Origin: an uncultured Actinomycetes bacterium
GTDB lineage: Bacteria > Actinomycetota > Thermoleophilia > UBA2241
Length of the DNA: 64,000 bases
Direction: 5' to 3'
Assembly (NCBI GenBank): GCA_963709345.1
Contig: CAVPVX010000001.1
Span: forward strand, 96,001 to 160,000
Within the stretch, counting starts at the first letter, position 1, and each line of letters opens with the position of its first letter. The notes beneath the pieces were generated by a model. That model saw only the letters and a list, made by a program, of their open reading frames with translations, was not told where the DNA came from and made no database searches. A program made the position numbers and the translations under genes. Shown here piece after piece: positions 8,616 to 18,403 of this stretch.

Positions 8616-9629
8616 GTGTCGGCGCTGGCCACACGCGGCGGGCAGCTCGCGGTCGCCGTCGCGGCGGTGCTCGTGCTCGCCATCGGCTTGGCGGCGGCCG
8701 GCGCCTTCGGGGGCTGCGAGCGCACCGCCACGAAGTCGGGGCGACCGTCGGCGGCCGTCTCTTCGTCACCGCACGGCGGGGTCGCCCATGCGACCGCCAA
8801 GGTCTTCGCGCGGCGGGTGAGCCCCCGGGTCGCCGGCACGTGGGGCGAGATCCGGGCGCGTGAGTTCATCATGGGCGCCATGCAGCAGTACGGGTACTTC
8901 CCCCAGACAATGGAGTTCATCGTCGGCGACGGCAAGAAGCGGGTCCACTCCGCCAACGTGGTCGCCGTCAAGGAGGGGGAGTCACCCCGGCGTCTCGTCG
9001 TCGGCGCCCACTACGACTCCGTCGCGGCAGGCGAGGGCTACAGCGACAACGCGACGAGCGTCGGCCTGCTTCTCGAGGTCGCCGCCCGCGTCAAGGGCCG
9101 GCCGACGCCGTACACGATCGTCTTCGTCGCCTTCGGCGCCGAGAAGCAGGGCCAATTCGGCGCGGAAGACTACTGGCGCCGCTCGACGGCCGTGGAGCGG
9201 CGCGCGACGATCGGCATGATCGACCTCGACGCCGTCGCCGGCGGCGACGAGCTGTCGGTCGCGAGCCGCGCCGGCAGCCCGGACTGGCTGCGCGACGTCG
9301 CCCTGACTGCCGCCGCCCAGCTCGACGTCCCCCTGGTCACCAGCCCGGCGGCGGCGGGCCGGCCGGCCGGCACGACGCTGGCGCCGGCCGACGATCTGCC
9401 GTTCGCCACGGAGGGGCGCGCGACGGCCGTCTTCAGCGCCGTGTCGTGGGAGAAGACGCAGGGGCGGCGCACGGCGGCGACCGCCGAAGGCCCACCGCTC
9501 TGGGACACCGGCCGGGACACGGTCGCCTACATCGAGGACACCTACCCGGGGAGAGTGAAGGCCCAGCTCGCCGACCTCTCGCTGCTCCTCGAGACCCTGC
9601 TCACCAGCGAACTGAAGAGGCGCCCGTGA
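8616..9629 (+). CDS. M28 peptidase-like exported protein (metal ligands partly lost)
   Basis: VVGAHYDSV, SDNATS, FGAEKQG, MIDLD; hydrophobic signal with possible lipobox FGGC. Confidence 0.8.
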   Translation: MSALATRGGQLAVAVAAVLVLAIGLAAAGAFGGCERTATKSGRPSAAVSSSPHGGVAHATAKVFARRVSPRVAGTWGEIRAREFIMGAMQQYGYFPQTMEFIVGDGKKRVHSANVVAVKEGESPRRLVVGAHYDSVAAGEGYSDNATSVGLLLEVAARVKGRPTPYTIVFVAFGAEKQGQFGAEDYWRRSTAVERRATIGMIDLDAVAGGDELSVASRAGSPDWLRDVALTAAAQLDVPLVTSPAAAGRPAGTTLAPADDLPFATEGRATAVFSAVSWEKTQGRRTAATAEGPPLWDTGRDTVAYIEDTYPGRVKAQLADLSLLLETLLTSELKRRP

Positions 9630-10726
9630 AGCTCGGCATCGTCGGTCTGCCCAACGTCGGCAAGACCACTCTGTTCAACGCACTCACCCACGCGCAGGCG
9701 GCCGCGACCGCGTATGCGTTCACCTCCGCCGAGTCCAATCTGGGCGTCGTCGCCGTACCGGACCCTCGCCTCGACAAGCTGGACGAGGTCCTCGAGACGC
9801 CAAAGAAGGTCAACGCGACCATCGACGTCGTCGACATCGCCGGCCTGGCGGAGGGAGCGAGCCGCGGCGAGGGGCTCGGCAACCGCTTCCTCGCCGACAT
9901 CCGCGGCGTCGATGCCGTGGCGCACGTGGTCCGCGTATTCGCCAATGCCGAGGTCGCGCACGTGCGCGCATCGCTCGACCCGCGCGCCGACGTCGACCTC
10001 GTCGAGACCGAGCTCGTGCTGAGCGACGTGGAGCTCGTGGAGCGCCGCCTCGAGAAGACGCGCAAGGCGGCGCGCAGCGGCGACAAGGCGGCGAAGCACG
10101 AGCTCGAGGTCCTCGAGGCGCTGAACGCGGAACTGCTCGGCGGCAAGCTGGCGCGCGCCATCGAACGCGCTCCGGGAGACGAGGCTCTCTTCCGCGAGCT
10201 CGCCCTCGTGAGCGACCGCCCGGTGCTGTTCGTCCTGGACACCGACGACGATCAGAGCGCGGCCGGCGCGCTGGAGCAGCACGCGGAGTTCGTGGAGTGG
10301 GCGCGCGGAAGGGGCGACCAGGTGGTCGCCGTCGCCGCGCGCCTCGAAGCCGAGCTCGCCGACCTCGACCCGGCGGACGCGGCCGAGTTCCGCGCCGAGC
10401 TCGGCGCCGACGAGGCCGGCACGCTCGACGTCGTTCTCCGCGCCTGCTACGAGGTACTCGGCTACATCACCTTCTTCACCGGCGACTACCGCAGCAGTGA
10501 GTCGCGCGCCTGGCAGCTTCCGCGTGGCTGGACCGCCAAGCAGGCCGCGGGCCGCATCCACAGCGACATCGAGCACGGGTTCGTGCGCGCCCAGGTGGTC
10601 AACATCGACGACCTCATCGAGCTGAAGTCGTTCCACGCCGCGCGCGAGAAGGCGCTGCTGCGCACCGAGGGCAAGGAGTACGTCGTCCAGGACGGCGACG
10701 TGATCAACTTCATGCACACGGGCTGA
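9626..10726 (+). CDS. ychF: Obg-like ATPase YchF
   Basis: GIVGLPNVGKTT, DIAGLAEGASRGEGLGNRFL, IHSD, EGKEYVVQDGD. Confidence 0.93.
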   Translation: MKLGIVGLPNVGKTTLFNALTHAQAAATAYAFTSAESNLGVVAVPDPRLDKLDEVLETPKKVNATIDVVDIAGLAEGASRGEGLGNRFLADIRGVDAVAHVVRVFANAEVAHVRASLDPRADVDLVETELVLSDVELVERRLEKTRKAARSGDKAAKHELEVLEALNAELLGGKLARAIERAPGDEALFRELALVSDRPVLFVLDTDDDQSAAGALEQHAEFVEWARGRGDQVVAVAARLEAELADLDPADAAEFRAELGADEAGTLDVVLRACYEVLGYITFFTGDYRSSESRAWQLPRGWTAKQAAGRIHSDIEHGFVRAQVVNIDDLIELKSFHAAREKALLRTEGKEYVVQDGDVINFMHTG

Positions 10727-10768
10727 GCGACGCCCACGCCGCGGCGGGTGAAGCCGGAGCCCGCGCCC

Positions 10769-11185
10769 CTACTCCAGCCACGCGAGGATCTCGACGTCGC
10801 CGGCCGTGGCCTGTACCGGATACGACTCGGCCACGCCCCCGGTGAACCACACCGCGACGCGCTGACCCTCGGCGAGGTCCGCCCCGGTAGCTGCCGTCCT
10901 GCCCTCACCCGCCGAGGCCCAGACGGCCGTCTCCGGGGTGACCCGAACCGAGGCGCGGTCGTAGGAGGTCGTGACGCCCGGGTCGGCGACGACGAGCAGA
11001 ACGACGCTGCCGGCATCGCCGCCGGGAGTGAGGTCGCGGACGACGCCGATGATGTCGGCCGCGCCAGAAGGAGGCGTTGCCGGCGGCGGAGAGGCGGTCC
11101 CACCGCAACCGGCGAGGGCGGCGGCGGCCGGCAGCGCCACGAGTACGGCCAAGGCCGCGAGCACCGCCCCTTGTGCGTGTCTCAT
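10769..11185 (-). CDS. Small OB-fold lipoprotein (DUF3221/YobA-like)
   Basis: Lipobox LAGC; GQRVAVWFTGGVAESYPVQATA. Confidence 0.75.
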   Translation of the reverse strand: MRHAQGAVLAALAVLVALPAAAALAGCGGTASPPPATPPSGAADIIGVVRDLTPGGDAGSVVLLVVADPGVTTSYDRASVRVTPETAVWASAGEGRTAATGADLAEGQRVAVWFTGGVAESYPVQATAGDVEILAWLE

Positions 11186-11347
11186 CGATGCTCCTCTCGC
11201 AGGCGCCGGCGGCGCCTGCCGCCGCCCGTAGCCGGAGACGCGCCACAGTCCCGCCTGGTTCGCGTGGCGGCGCGGTAGACTTGCGCTCCACCGTCCGGCC
11301 CGAGAGCCGGCCGGAGACCGATCGTGCTGCATCACGGAGCGTGCCAC

Positions 11348-12319
11348 ATGACGGACATCGATCAGCCTCTCTCGCTTCCCGCCGGCTACCGCCTGCGCCG
11401 GCCGCACGCCGCGGATGCCGCGGCAGTGGCCGGCATCCGCCGCGCCGTGGACGTCGCTCGCCACGGCGACAGCGACGTCACTGTCGAGGAGGTGCACGAG
11501 GAGTGGGCGCTGCCCAGGCTCAGCATGGACGACGACCTTTGGCTCATCGAGGACGAGAGCGGGGCTCCCGCCGCCTACGGCTTCTGCTGGACGGAGAACC
11601 CGCCGCGCGAGGTGGTCGCGGATCAGACGGTCCATCCGGAGCGCCGCGGCCTCGGGCTCAGCGAAGCGCTGCTCAGCCTCGAAGAGACGCGCGCCGCCGA
11701 GCTTGCCCGCACGGCTCCGGATCGACGCGTCGCGCTCGGCGTGTGGACACACGAGGGCGATGTCGCGCGCATCGCCCTGTTCGCGCAGCACGGCTTCCGA
11801 AAGGTGCGCTCGTTCATGCGCCTCGATCGCGACCTCTCGCAGCCGCTCGAAACGCCGGTGTGGCCGCCGGAGATCACGGTTCGCGGCTTTCGCCGGGACC
11901 GCGACGAAGGGGTCGTCCACGCCGCCGGCGAGGAGGCCTTCCTCGACCACTTTCGCCCGACGGCGATGAGCCTCGAGGAGTGGCTCGAGTACCGGTTCGC
12001 CAGAGCCGACTTCGACCCCGGCCTCTGGTTCGTCGCCTGGGAGGGCGACGAGGTGGCCGGCGCCGTCCTGGCGCTTGAGACACCGCTCGGCGGCTACATC
12101 GACGAGCTCTTCGTGCGGCGCCCGTGGCGCGGCCGCGGCCTGGGGCGGGCGCTGTTGCTCCACGAGTGCGCCGAACTGCGGCGCCGAGGCCTGCCGCTCG
12201 CCTACCTGGGCGTGGACGCAGACAACCCGACCGGCGCCATGCACCTCTACCGCTCCGCCGGCCTCGAGTCGAAGCGCGGCGCCACCCACTTCTTCGAGAA
12301 GGAGGTCCCGGCGAGCTGA
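11348..12319 (+). CDS. Tandem-domain GNAT acetyltransferase (MshD-like architecture)
   Basis: VHPERRGLGL and VRRPWRGRGLG motif A; LGVDADNPTGAMHLY. Confidence 0.85.
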   Translation: MTDIDQPLSLPAGYRLRRPHAADAAAVAGIRRAVDVARHGDSDVTVEEVHEEWALPRLSMDDDLWLIEDESGAPAAYGFCWTENPPREVVADQTVHPERRGLGLSEALLSLEETRAAELARTAPDRRVALGVWTHEGDVARIALFAQHGFRKVRSFMRLDRDLSQPLETPVWPPEITVRGFRRDRDEGVVHAAGEEAFLDHFRPTAMSLEEWLEYRFARADFDPGLWFVAWEGDEVAGAVLALETPLGGYIDELFVRRPWRGRGLGRALLLHECAELRRRGLPLAYLGVDADNPTGAMHLYRSAGLESKRGATHFFEKEVPAS

Positions 12320-12618
12320 GGGGGCCGGCGCAGACGCGTCGCCACGAGCATCAGCGTCGCGCCGGAGAGCACGCCGAAGCCGCCGATCGCCCACGCCAGA
12401 CGCACGGCCTCGGACTCGGGAAGGGCGACCAGAGCAATCCCGACGACGAGCGAGAGACCGCCGGCGAGGAGCAGGGACGTCTCTCCCGAGGCAAGCCGTC
12501 GGAGCCGCACACCAGCCTCCACCTCCACCACGCCGGTCACGACCGCCCACGCGGCGATGAGGGCGAGGCCGGATTCGCCCGCGGCCCGGCCCTGTTGACT
12601 CCGCTCCCGCCCCGGCAT
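12247..12618 (-). CDS. HdeD/DUF308-like membrane protein fragment (possible remnant)
   Basis: LIAAWAVVTGVVEV..LLLAGGLSLVVGIALVALP..WAIGGFGVLSG resembles only the C-terminal half; overlaps the GNAT 3' end. Confidence 0.45.
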   Translation of the reverse strand: MPGRERSQQGRAAGESGLALIAAWAVVTGVVEVEAGVRLRRLASGETSLLLAGGLSLVVGIALVALPESEAVRLAWAIGGFGVLSGATLMLVATRLRRPPQLAGTSFSKKWVAPRFDSRPAER

Positions 12619-12934
12619 CTAATGGGCAGCACGCGCACGCTGTGCGAGTCGCTTGGGGGAGCAGTCCGTGGGGGACAGGTTCGGCACCGCAGTCACCGGC
12701 CGGAAGCACGCTGCCAACGCGCTCCATCGCGCCCAGGCGTCGGCGGCGCACAGCCTCTTCTCGCGGGTCCACTCAAGCCGCTACTTCGGCGGCATGTGGT
12801 TCAAGCTCTTCACCGAGCGCGGCCCCTGCTGAGACCCTTCGCACGCCCGGCCGCCGGAGACGCGCGCGTCAGCGCGCACTGCCGGCGACGACACGCATCC
12901 CCACCACAGGAGGATCGTTGCGAAGGGACTACCG

Positions 12935-14344
12935 TTGTATAGCGCCACGCTGAGCGTCTGGGACGACGACGCCTGCAGGCGTGTCCATGAAGCATCTCTG
13001 AAGCTCCTCGCGGGCGCCGGCGTGGAGATGAAGCACGAGCACGCACGCGAGCTGTGCGCCGCCGCCGGCGCCTCCGTGGAAGGAGAGCGCGTGCGCCTGC
13101 CGGCGGCGCTCGTCGACACCGCGCTCGCGAGCGCCCCACGGACGTGGGAACTGCGCTCGCGCGGCGGCGAAACACCGCCGCTCGAACTGCGCGACGGCCT
13201 CAGTCACTACGGCAGCGGGCCCGACTGCCTCTACGTCTCGGACCCGGACACCCGCGAGCGGCGACGCGCCCGCCTCGCCGACATTGAACGCGCCGCCGTC
13301 GTCGCCGACCACCTGCCCAACATCGACTTCGTGATGAGCATGGGCCTGCCGGACGACGTCGAGAACGACATCGTCGACGTGCGGCAGTTCGCGGCGATGC
13401 TGCGCGGCACGCGCAAGCCGATCGTCGTCTCGAGCCCGTTTGGCGGCGCGTCACTCTACGCGATGCACGATATGGCGGAGGCGTGCGGCGAGAAGGCGAG
13501 CCTCGCCTGCCTCACCATGAGCTCGCCGCCCCTCATGCTCGACGACGTCGCCTGCAGCAAGACGCTCGCCTGCGCGGACCTCGAGGTGCCGCTGGTGCTG
13601 GCCGCTTCGGTCTCGGCCGGCTCGCAAGGCCCGGCGTCGCTCTCCGCCTGCGTCGCCGTCGCCAACGCCGAGATACTCGCCGGCCTCGTCCTGCACCAGC
13701 TGGCGCGGCCGGGCTCCCCGTTCGTCTTCGGCGCCGGCACCGGCGTCATGAACATGCAGTCCTTCGTCGACGTCTACAACGCCCCCGGCATCTTTCTCGC
13801 CAACCAGGCGCACCTCGACTTGATCCGCCGGTACGGCCTGCCAAGCTGGTCGTACGCGGGGCACTCGGACAGCAAGCTGCTCGATGAACAATGGTCGCTC
13901 GAGCTCGGCGTCGCGACCATCCTGGGAGCGCTCTCGCGCGCGACGCTGCTCCACGACCTGGGCTACCTCGAGAGCGGGCTGCAGAGCGCACTCGAGGGCC
14001 TCGTGCTCGGGGATGAGATGGCCGGGTACGCGCGCGCCCTGCTCGAGGAGGTGCCGGTGGACGACGAGTCGCTCGCCCTCCTGGAGGTCGAGGCGGTCGG
14101 GCCCGGCGGCAACCACCTCGGCACGCGTATGACACGCTCGCACCACCGACGCTTCTGGCGGCCGGCCCTCCTCGACCAGAACACGCACGAGCGCTGGCTC
14201 GCGCACGACGGAGGCACCCTGCTCGAGCGCGTGCGCTGCCGGCTCGGCGAGATCCTTGCCGAAGGGCCGGCGTTCACGCTCGACTGCGAGGCCGCCGGCG
14301 CCATCGACAGACTCGCCACCACCCCGCCGGCAGGCAGGCCGTGA
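12935..14344 (+). CDS. MttB-superfamily methylamine:corrinoid methyltransferase, non-pyrrolysine
   Basis: VHEASLKLL, SSPPLMLD, ANAEILAGLVLHQLARPGSP, SDSKLLD, LLHDLGYLESG, VGPGGNHL; no in-frame TAG. Confidence 0.9.
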   Translation: MYSATLSVWDDDACRRVHEASLKLLAGAGVEMKHEHARELCAAAGASVEGERVRLPAALVDTALASAPRTWELRSRGGETPPLELRDGLSHYGSGPDCLYVSDPDTRERRRARLADIERAAVVADHLPNIDFVMSMGLPDDVENDIVDVRQFAAMLRGTRKPIVVSSPFGGASLYAMHDMAEACGEKASLACLTMSSPPLMLDDVACSKTLACADLEVPLVLAASVSAGSQGPASLSACVAVANAEILAGLVLHQLARPGSPFVFGAGTGVMNMQSFVDVYNAPGIFLANQAHLDLIRRYGLPSWSYAGHSDSKLLDEQWSLELGVATILGALSRATLLHDLGYLESGLQSALEGLVLGDEMAGYARALLEEVPVDDESLALLEVEAVGPGGNHLGTRMTRSHHRRFWRPALLDQNTHERWLAHDGGTLLERVRCRLGEILAEGPAFTLDCEAAGAIDRLATTPPAGRP

Positions 14345-14388
14345 GCCTGCGGCGGACACCCGGATCAGCATCAGCGAAAGGAACCCGC

Positions 14389-16251
14389 ATGGCCGATCAC
14401 CGTGAGGCGCGTCGCGGACTATCCGCGAAGCCCCTCTTCACCATCCTCCTTGCGGCGTTGGCGACGCTGGCGCTGTGCGGGACCGTCCTCGCCGACTCGA
14501 GCCCGTCGCCGGCCACCGGCGACGCTCAGGCGGGCGACGCGACCTCCCTCCACATCGGCTGGGTCCAGGAGCCGGACAACCTCAACCCCTTCATCGGCAT
14601 CCAGGGCACCGACTACATGCTCTGGCACATGAACTACGACTTCCTCGTCGGCTTCGACCCCGAGACGCTGGAGCCGCGGCCGGAGCTGGCCACGGCATGG
14701 GAGGTCTCGGACGACGGCCTCGTGTGGACGTTCACCATCCGCGACGACGCGACGTGGCACGACGGCGTCCCCGTGACCGCGAAGGACGTCGCCTTCACCT
14801 TCAACTACATCAACGAGAACCAGCTGCTGAACATGGCGGCGTACACCGACGGCATCACCAAAGCGGTGGCGGTGGACGACACGACGGTCGAGATCACGAC
14901 GAGCGCTCCCAAGGCGAACATGCTCCGCATGGTCGTCCCCATGCTCCCTGAGCACATCTGGAGCAAGGTGAGCGGCAAGGCGGCGACGAGCTCGTACCAG
15001 AACAAGCCGCCGATCGTCGGCAACGGGCCCTTCCAGATCGTCGAGTGGCAGAAGGGCAGGTTCGTCCGCCTCGAGGCGAACCCTGACTACTGGGGCGGCG
15101 CACCCAAGGTCGACGAGGTCATCTTCCAGCTCTACACCAACCCAGACACGATGGCGCAAGACCTCAAGCTGGGCACCATCGACGGCGCCATCAACGTGCC
15201 GGCAGCGCAGTTCACGCAGCTGGGCGGCATCGAGGGCATCGCGGCCAACAACGCCACCTCCTGGCAGTTCACCGAGATCGGCATGAACTGCTACGACAGC
15301 CCCGACTCGCTCGGCAACCCCGTCCTCCTCGACCCCGAGTTCCGCAAGGCGATCAACTGGGCGGTCGACCGCGACAAGGTCGTCTCCGTGGCGATGAACG
15401 GCTATGCGACGACCGGCTCGACGCTCATCGTCCCGTACTCGAAGTACCACTGGGAGCCGCCGGCGGAGAGCCTGTTCACCTACGACCCCGCCAAGGCGAG
15501 CGAGCTTCTCGACGCCGCCGGCTACGAAGACACCGACGGCGACGGCTTCCGCGAGACCAAGGACGGCGAGAAGCTGAGCCTGCGCTTCTACGCCACGTCG
15601 GACGCGCCCGAGAACCAGACCGCGGGCAAGCTCATCGTCGGCTGGCTCAACGAAATCGGCATCAAGATCGAGTACCAGGTGCTCGACGCGGGCGCGCTCA
15701 TCGACGCCCAGTACAACTACAAGGGCGATACGTACGCGCCGGACTGGGACCTCTTCATCTGGTACTGGACCCAGGACGTCGACCCGCAGTTCATGCTCGG
15801 GATCTACACGCCGCAGCAGATCGAGGGGTGGAACGACTGCCTCTGGACCGACCCGGAGTACACGGATCTGAACACGCAGCAGTCGCAGACGATCGACGAG
15901 GCGGCGCGCAAGCCGATCATCGAGAGGATGCAGCAGATCTTCTACGAGTCGGCGCCCTACGCGATCCTCGCCTACCCGTTCCAGCTGGAGGCGTACGACA
16001 CGGCGCGGTGGCAGGGCTGGGTGCACGTGCCCGGCAACGCCACCGGTGAGCAGCAGGGCGCCGTGCTCTACAGCTACAACAACATCGACACGTACCGGTT
16101 CGTGGAGCCGGCGGCGAAGACCGCCGCCGCAATCGAGAGCTCGAACATCACGGTGATCGTCATCATCATCGCCGTCGTCGCGACGCTGGTCATGGTCATC
16201 ATCGGCATCGTCCTGCGGGTCAATCGCCGGCGTTCCGAGACCGAGGCGTGA
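14389..16251 (+). CDS. ABC transporter substrate-binding protein, family 5, with C-terminal TM anchor
   Basis: LATAWEVSDDGLVWTFTIR..WHDGVPVTAKDV, GNGPF, NPDYWG; hydrophobic C-terminus followed by RRR. Confidence 0.9.
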   Translation: MADHREARRGLSAKPLFTILLAALATLALCGTVLADSSPSPATGDAQAGDATSLHIGWVQEPDNLNPFIGIQGTDYMLWHMNYDFLVGFDPETLEPRPELATAWEVSDDGLVWTFTIRDDATWHDGVPVTAKDVAFTFNYINENQLLNMAAYTDGITKAVAVDDTTVEITTSAPKANMLRMVVPMLPEHIWSKVSGKAATSSYQNKPPIVGNGPFQIVEWQKGRFVRLEANPDYWGGAPKVDEVIFQLYTNPDTMAQDLKLGTIDGAINVPAAQFTQLGGIEGIAANNATSWQFTEIGMNCYDSPDSLGNPVLLDPEFRKAINWAVDRDKVVSVAMNGYATTGSTLIVPYSKYHWEPPAESLFTYDPAKASELLDAAGYEDTDGDGFRETKDGEKLSLRFYATSDAPENQTAGKLIVGWLNEIGIKIEYQVLDAGALIDAQYNYKGDTYAPDWDLFIWYWTQDVDPQFMLGIYTPQQIEGWNDCLWTDPEYTDLNTQQSQTIDEAARKPIIERMQQIFYESAPYAILAYPFQLEAYDTARWQGWVHVPGNATGEQQGAVLYSYNNIDTYRFVEPAAKTAAAIESSNITVIVIIIAVVATLVMVIIGIVLRVNRRRSETEA

Positions 16252-16346
16252 GACCGGGCCGGGCGGCGGCGCCGATGCGCGCCGCCGCCCGGCACACCTG
16301 AGCCGCGCTCTTCGACGCCGGCCTCGGATGCCGGTACACTCGGCGA

Positions 16347-16718
16347 ATGGCGAAACCCCCGGACACACATGACGGCGAAGGCGGCCGCGCAGACGCCGGC
16401 GGCGCGGCCGGCCCGCGACCGGGAGAGCGCCCGCCGGCGAAGCCGGGCCGGGCCATGCCCGACCTGGGCTCCATCGCCGTGGCCGCCGGCCTCTTCGGCC
16501 TGCTGGCCGGGCCGTTTCTCGTCGCACAGCCCGGCCCGCGCCTTCTGATCCTCGCCGCCGACATCGTGGCCATCGTGCTCGGCGCATGGACCGTCTGGGG
16601 AGCGTTCCGCCGCTTCGCCCGGCTCGACATGGGCATCGCCGCCATTCTGGCCGGCGGCGTCAGCCTCTTCATGTACGTGTCTTACGTCACCGACCCGCCG
16701 CCGCCGGGCGGCACCTGA
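16347..16718 (+). CDS. Small hypothetical membrane protein (3 TM)
   Basis: Three hydrophobic segments; GC3-rich codons. Confidence 0.65.
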   Translation: MAKPPDTHDGEGGRADAGGAAGPRPGERPPAKPGRAMPDLGSIAVAAGLFGLLAGPFLVAQPGPRLLILAADIVAIVLGAWTVWGAFRRFARLDMGIAAILAGGVSLFMYVSYVTDPPPPGGT

Positions 16719-16910
16719 GGCGCAACCGTCCTCCCGGTCGGGAGGCTTGCGGTCCGGCTGCTCGAATCCCTCTTCTGACGTCCGGCGCGTCTGAGCGGCC
16801 GCCGCGTTCCGCCGCCGCGCGCGGGAAGACCCGTCACACAGCAGGGGTTCGATGGCGCGGTTGAGGGTACAGGGGACGCAAGGGCTGCGCGGCCGGGGAG
16901 GGGGAAGGCC

Positions 16911-17957
16911 GTGAAGTTGAGAAGCGTCGTCATCGCCGTCTTCGTCCTTGCGCTCGCCACGCCCGGCGTGATCGCGTACGCCACGGGCGTCATCCCCAGT
17001 CCGTCTCCGGCGTCCGCCGACGCGACGGCGAACGGGCCGGCGGGCGTCGAGTTCCGTGCGACCTCCCTGGCCTGGCCGGATGAGGCGCTGGGCCTCACGG
17101 CGACGGACGCGCAGGTCGTGTGGGAGCAGCGCGACCGCAGCAAGTCCATCGCGGGTCTGTGGGCCTATGACGTCGCCACCCGGCAGCCCTACCGCCTCCT
17201 CGGACGCCAGAGCGCCGGACGCGGGACCGGGTTCCCGGCCGCGTCTCGCGAGAAGATCATCTGGGCGGCGTGGCCCGGCCGGCGTGGCGAAGGATCGCCG
17301 CAGATCCAGGGGTACAACCAGGTGACCACGCGCCGGTGGACGGTAGCGGAGACAGGACGGGACCCGGCCATCTCGGGCAACGCCATCGTCTGGGTAGAGC
17401 GCGGAGCGGGCGCCACGGCAGCCGACGACGCTCTGACCGGCGTGCACACCGTCACCGATGAGACGTTCACCACGCCCGTTGCAGGACGAGTGCGCGACCT
17501 GGCCGCCTCGGGGCTGTGGGTCGCCTGGATCTCGGGACGCGGCAAAGCCGCGGCCGTCTGGGCGGGCTCTCACCGAGACGGAGCACAGCACCGTCTCGGC
17601 AAGACGGGCACCTCGGTGGCCATCGACCGGCGCCGCGTCGTGTGGTCGGCCCTGACCGGTCGCGGCTCGACGGCGATCGCGGCCTGGGACCGGGACGCGC
17701 AGAAGACCAGGATTGTGTGCCGGGCGCCCGGCTCACCCTCGTTTCTCGCTCTGGGACGCACCGTGGCCGTCTGGGTATCGACCGACGGGGAGGGCGACGG
17801 CGACATCTGGGCCTACGACTTCACGCGCGACGAAGCCTATGCGGTGTGCGACCACGACGCCCGGCAGGCGAGCCCCGTCGTCGTCGGCGACACCGTCTTC
17901 TGGGCCGACCGGCGCAGTGGCCACTGGGAGCTCTACGGCAGAGACCTGCAGCCATGA
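16911..17957 (+). CDS. Secreted beta-propeller repeat protein
   Basis: Signal peptide; repeated V(V)W motifs, PAISGNAIVW, WADRRSGHWELY. Confidence 0.7.
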   Translation: MKLRSVVIAVFVLALATPGVIAYATGVIPSPSPASADATANGPAGVEFRATSLAWPDEALGLTATDAQVVWEQRDRSKSIAGLWAYDVATRQPYRLLGRQSAGRGTGFPAASREKIIWAAWPGRRGEGSPQIQGYNQVTTRRWTVAETGRDPAISGNAIVWVERGAGATAADDALTGVHTVTDETFTTPVAGRVRDLAASGLWVAWISGRGKAAAVWAGSHRDGAQHRLGKTGTSVAIDRRRVVWSALTGRGSTAIAAWDRDAQKTRIVCRAPGSPSFLALGRTVAVWVSTDGEGDGDIWAYDFTRDEAYAVCDHDARQASPVVVGDTVFWADRRSGHWELYGRDLQP

Positions 17958-18403
17958 CGTCCGAGCCCGACGCCACCGAGATCCTCCGCGACCTGCTCGG
18001 CGGCCAGCGGCTGGGGGTGCTGGCCACCCACGGACCCGAGCACCCCTACGCGAGCCTCGTCGCGTTCTCGACCGACGACGCGCTCACGCGCCTCTACTTC
18101 GTCACTCCCCGGGCGACGCGCAAGTTCCACTTCCTCACCCATGACCCGGCGGTGAGCCTGCTCGTCGACGACCGCTCGGCCGATGACCTCGACTTCCACC
18201 ACGCCGCCGCCGTCACCGCCGTGGGCGCAGCGCGGGAGCCTCAAGGCGCCGAGCACGACGAAGCGTTGCGCGGCTTCACCGCGCGGCACCCGCACCTCGG
18301 GGGCTTCGCGGCATCACCGAGCAGCGCCCTCGTGGAGATCCGCGTCGCGACCTATTACGTCGTGCGACGCTTCCAGAACGTCACCGAGATCCATCTCGAA
18401 TGA
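17954..18403 (+). CDS. Pyridoxamine 5'-phosphate oxidase-like (split barrel) protein
   Basis: GVLAT..PYASLVAF..FVTPRATRKF..DPAVSLLVDDR. Confidence 0.85.
   Translation: MTSEPDATEILRDLLGGQRLGVLATHGPEHPYASLVAFSTDDALTRLYFVTPRATRKFHFLTHDPAVSLLVDDRSADDLDFHHAAAVTAVGAAREPQGAEHDEALRGFTARHPHLGGFAASPSSALVEIRVATYYVVRRFQNVTEIHLE

Noticed and set aside
12935-14344. Pyrrolysine recoding in MttB
   Set aside because: The ORF is uninterrupted, with no in-frame TAG.
16845-16872. SigB/SigF-type promoters (GGGTA-like boxes before the propeller, ferritin, osmC and kinase genes)
   Set aside because: The -35 elements are inconsistent, and such short G-rich motifs are expected by chance at this GC content.
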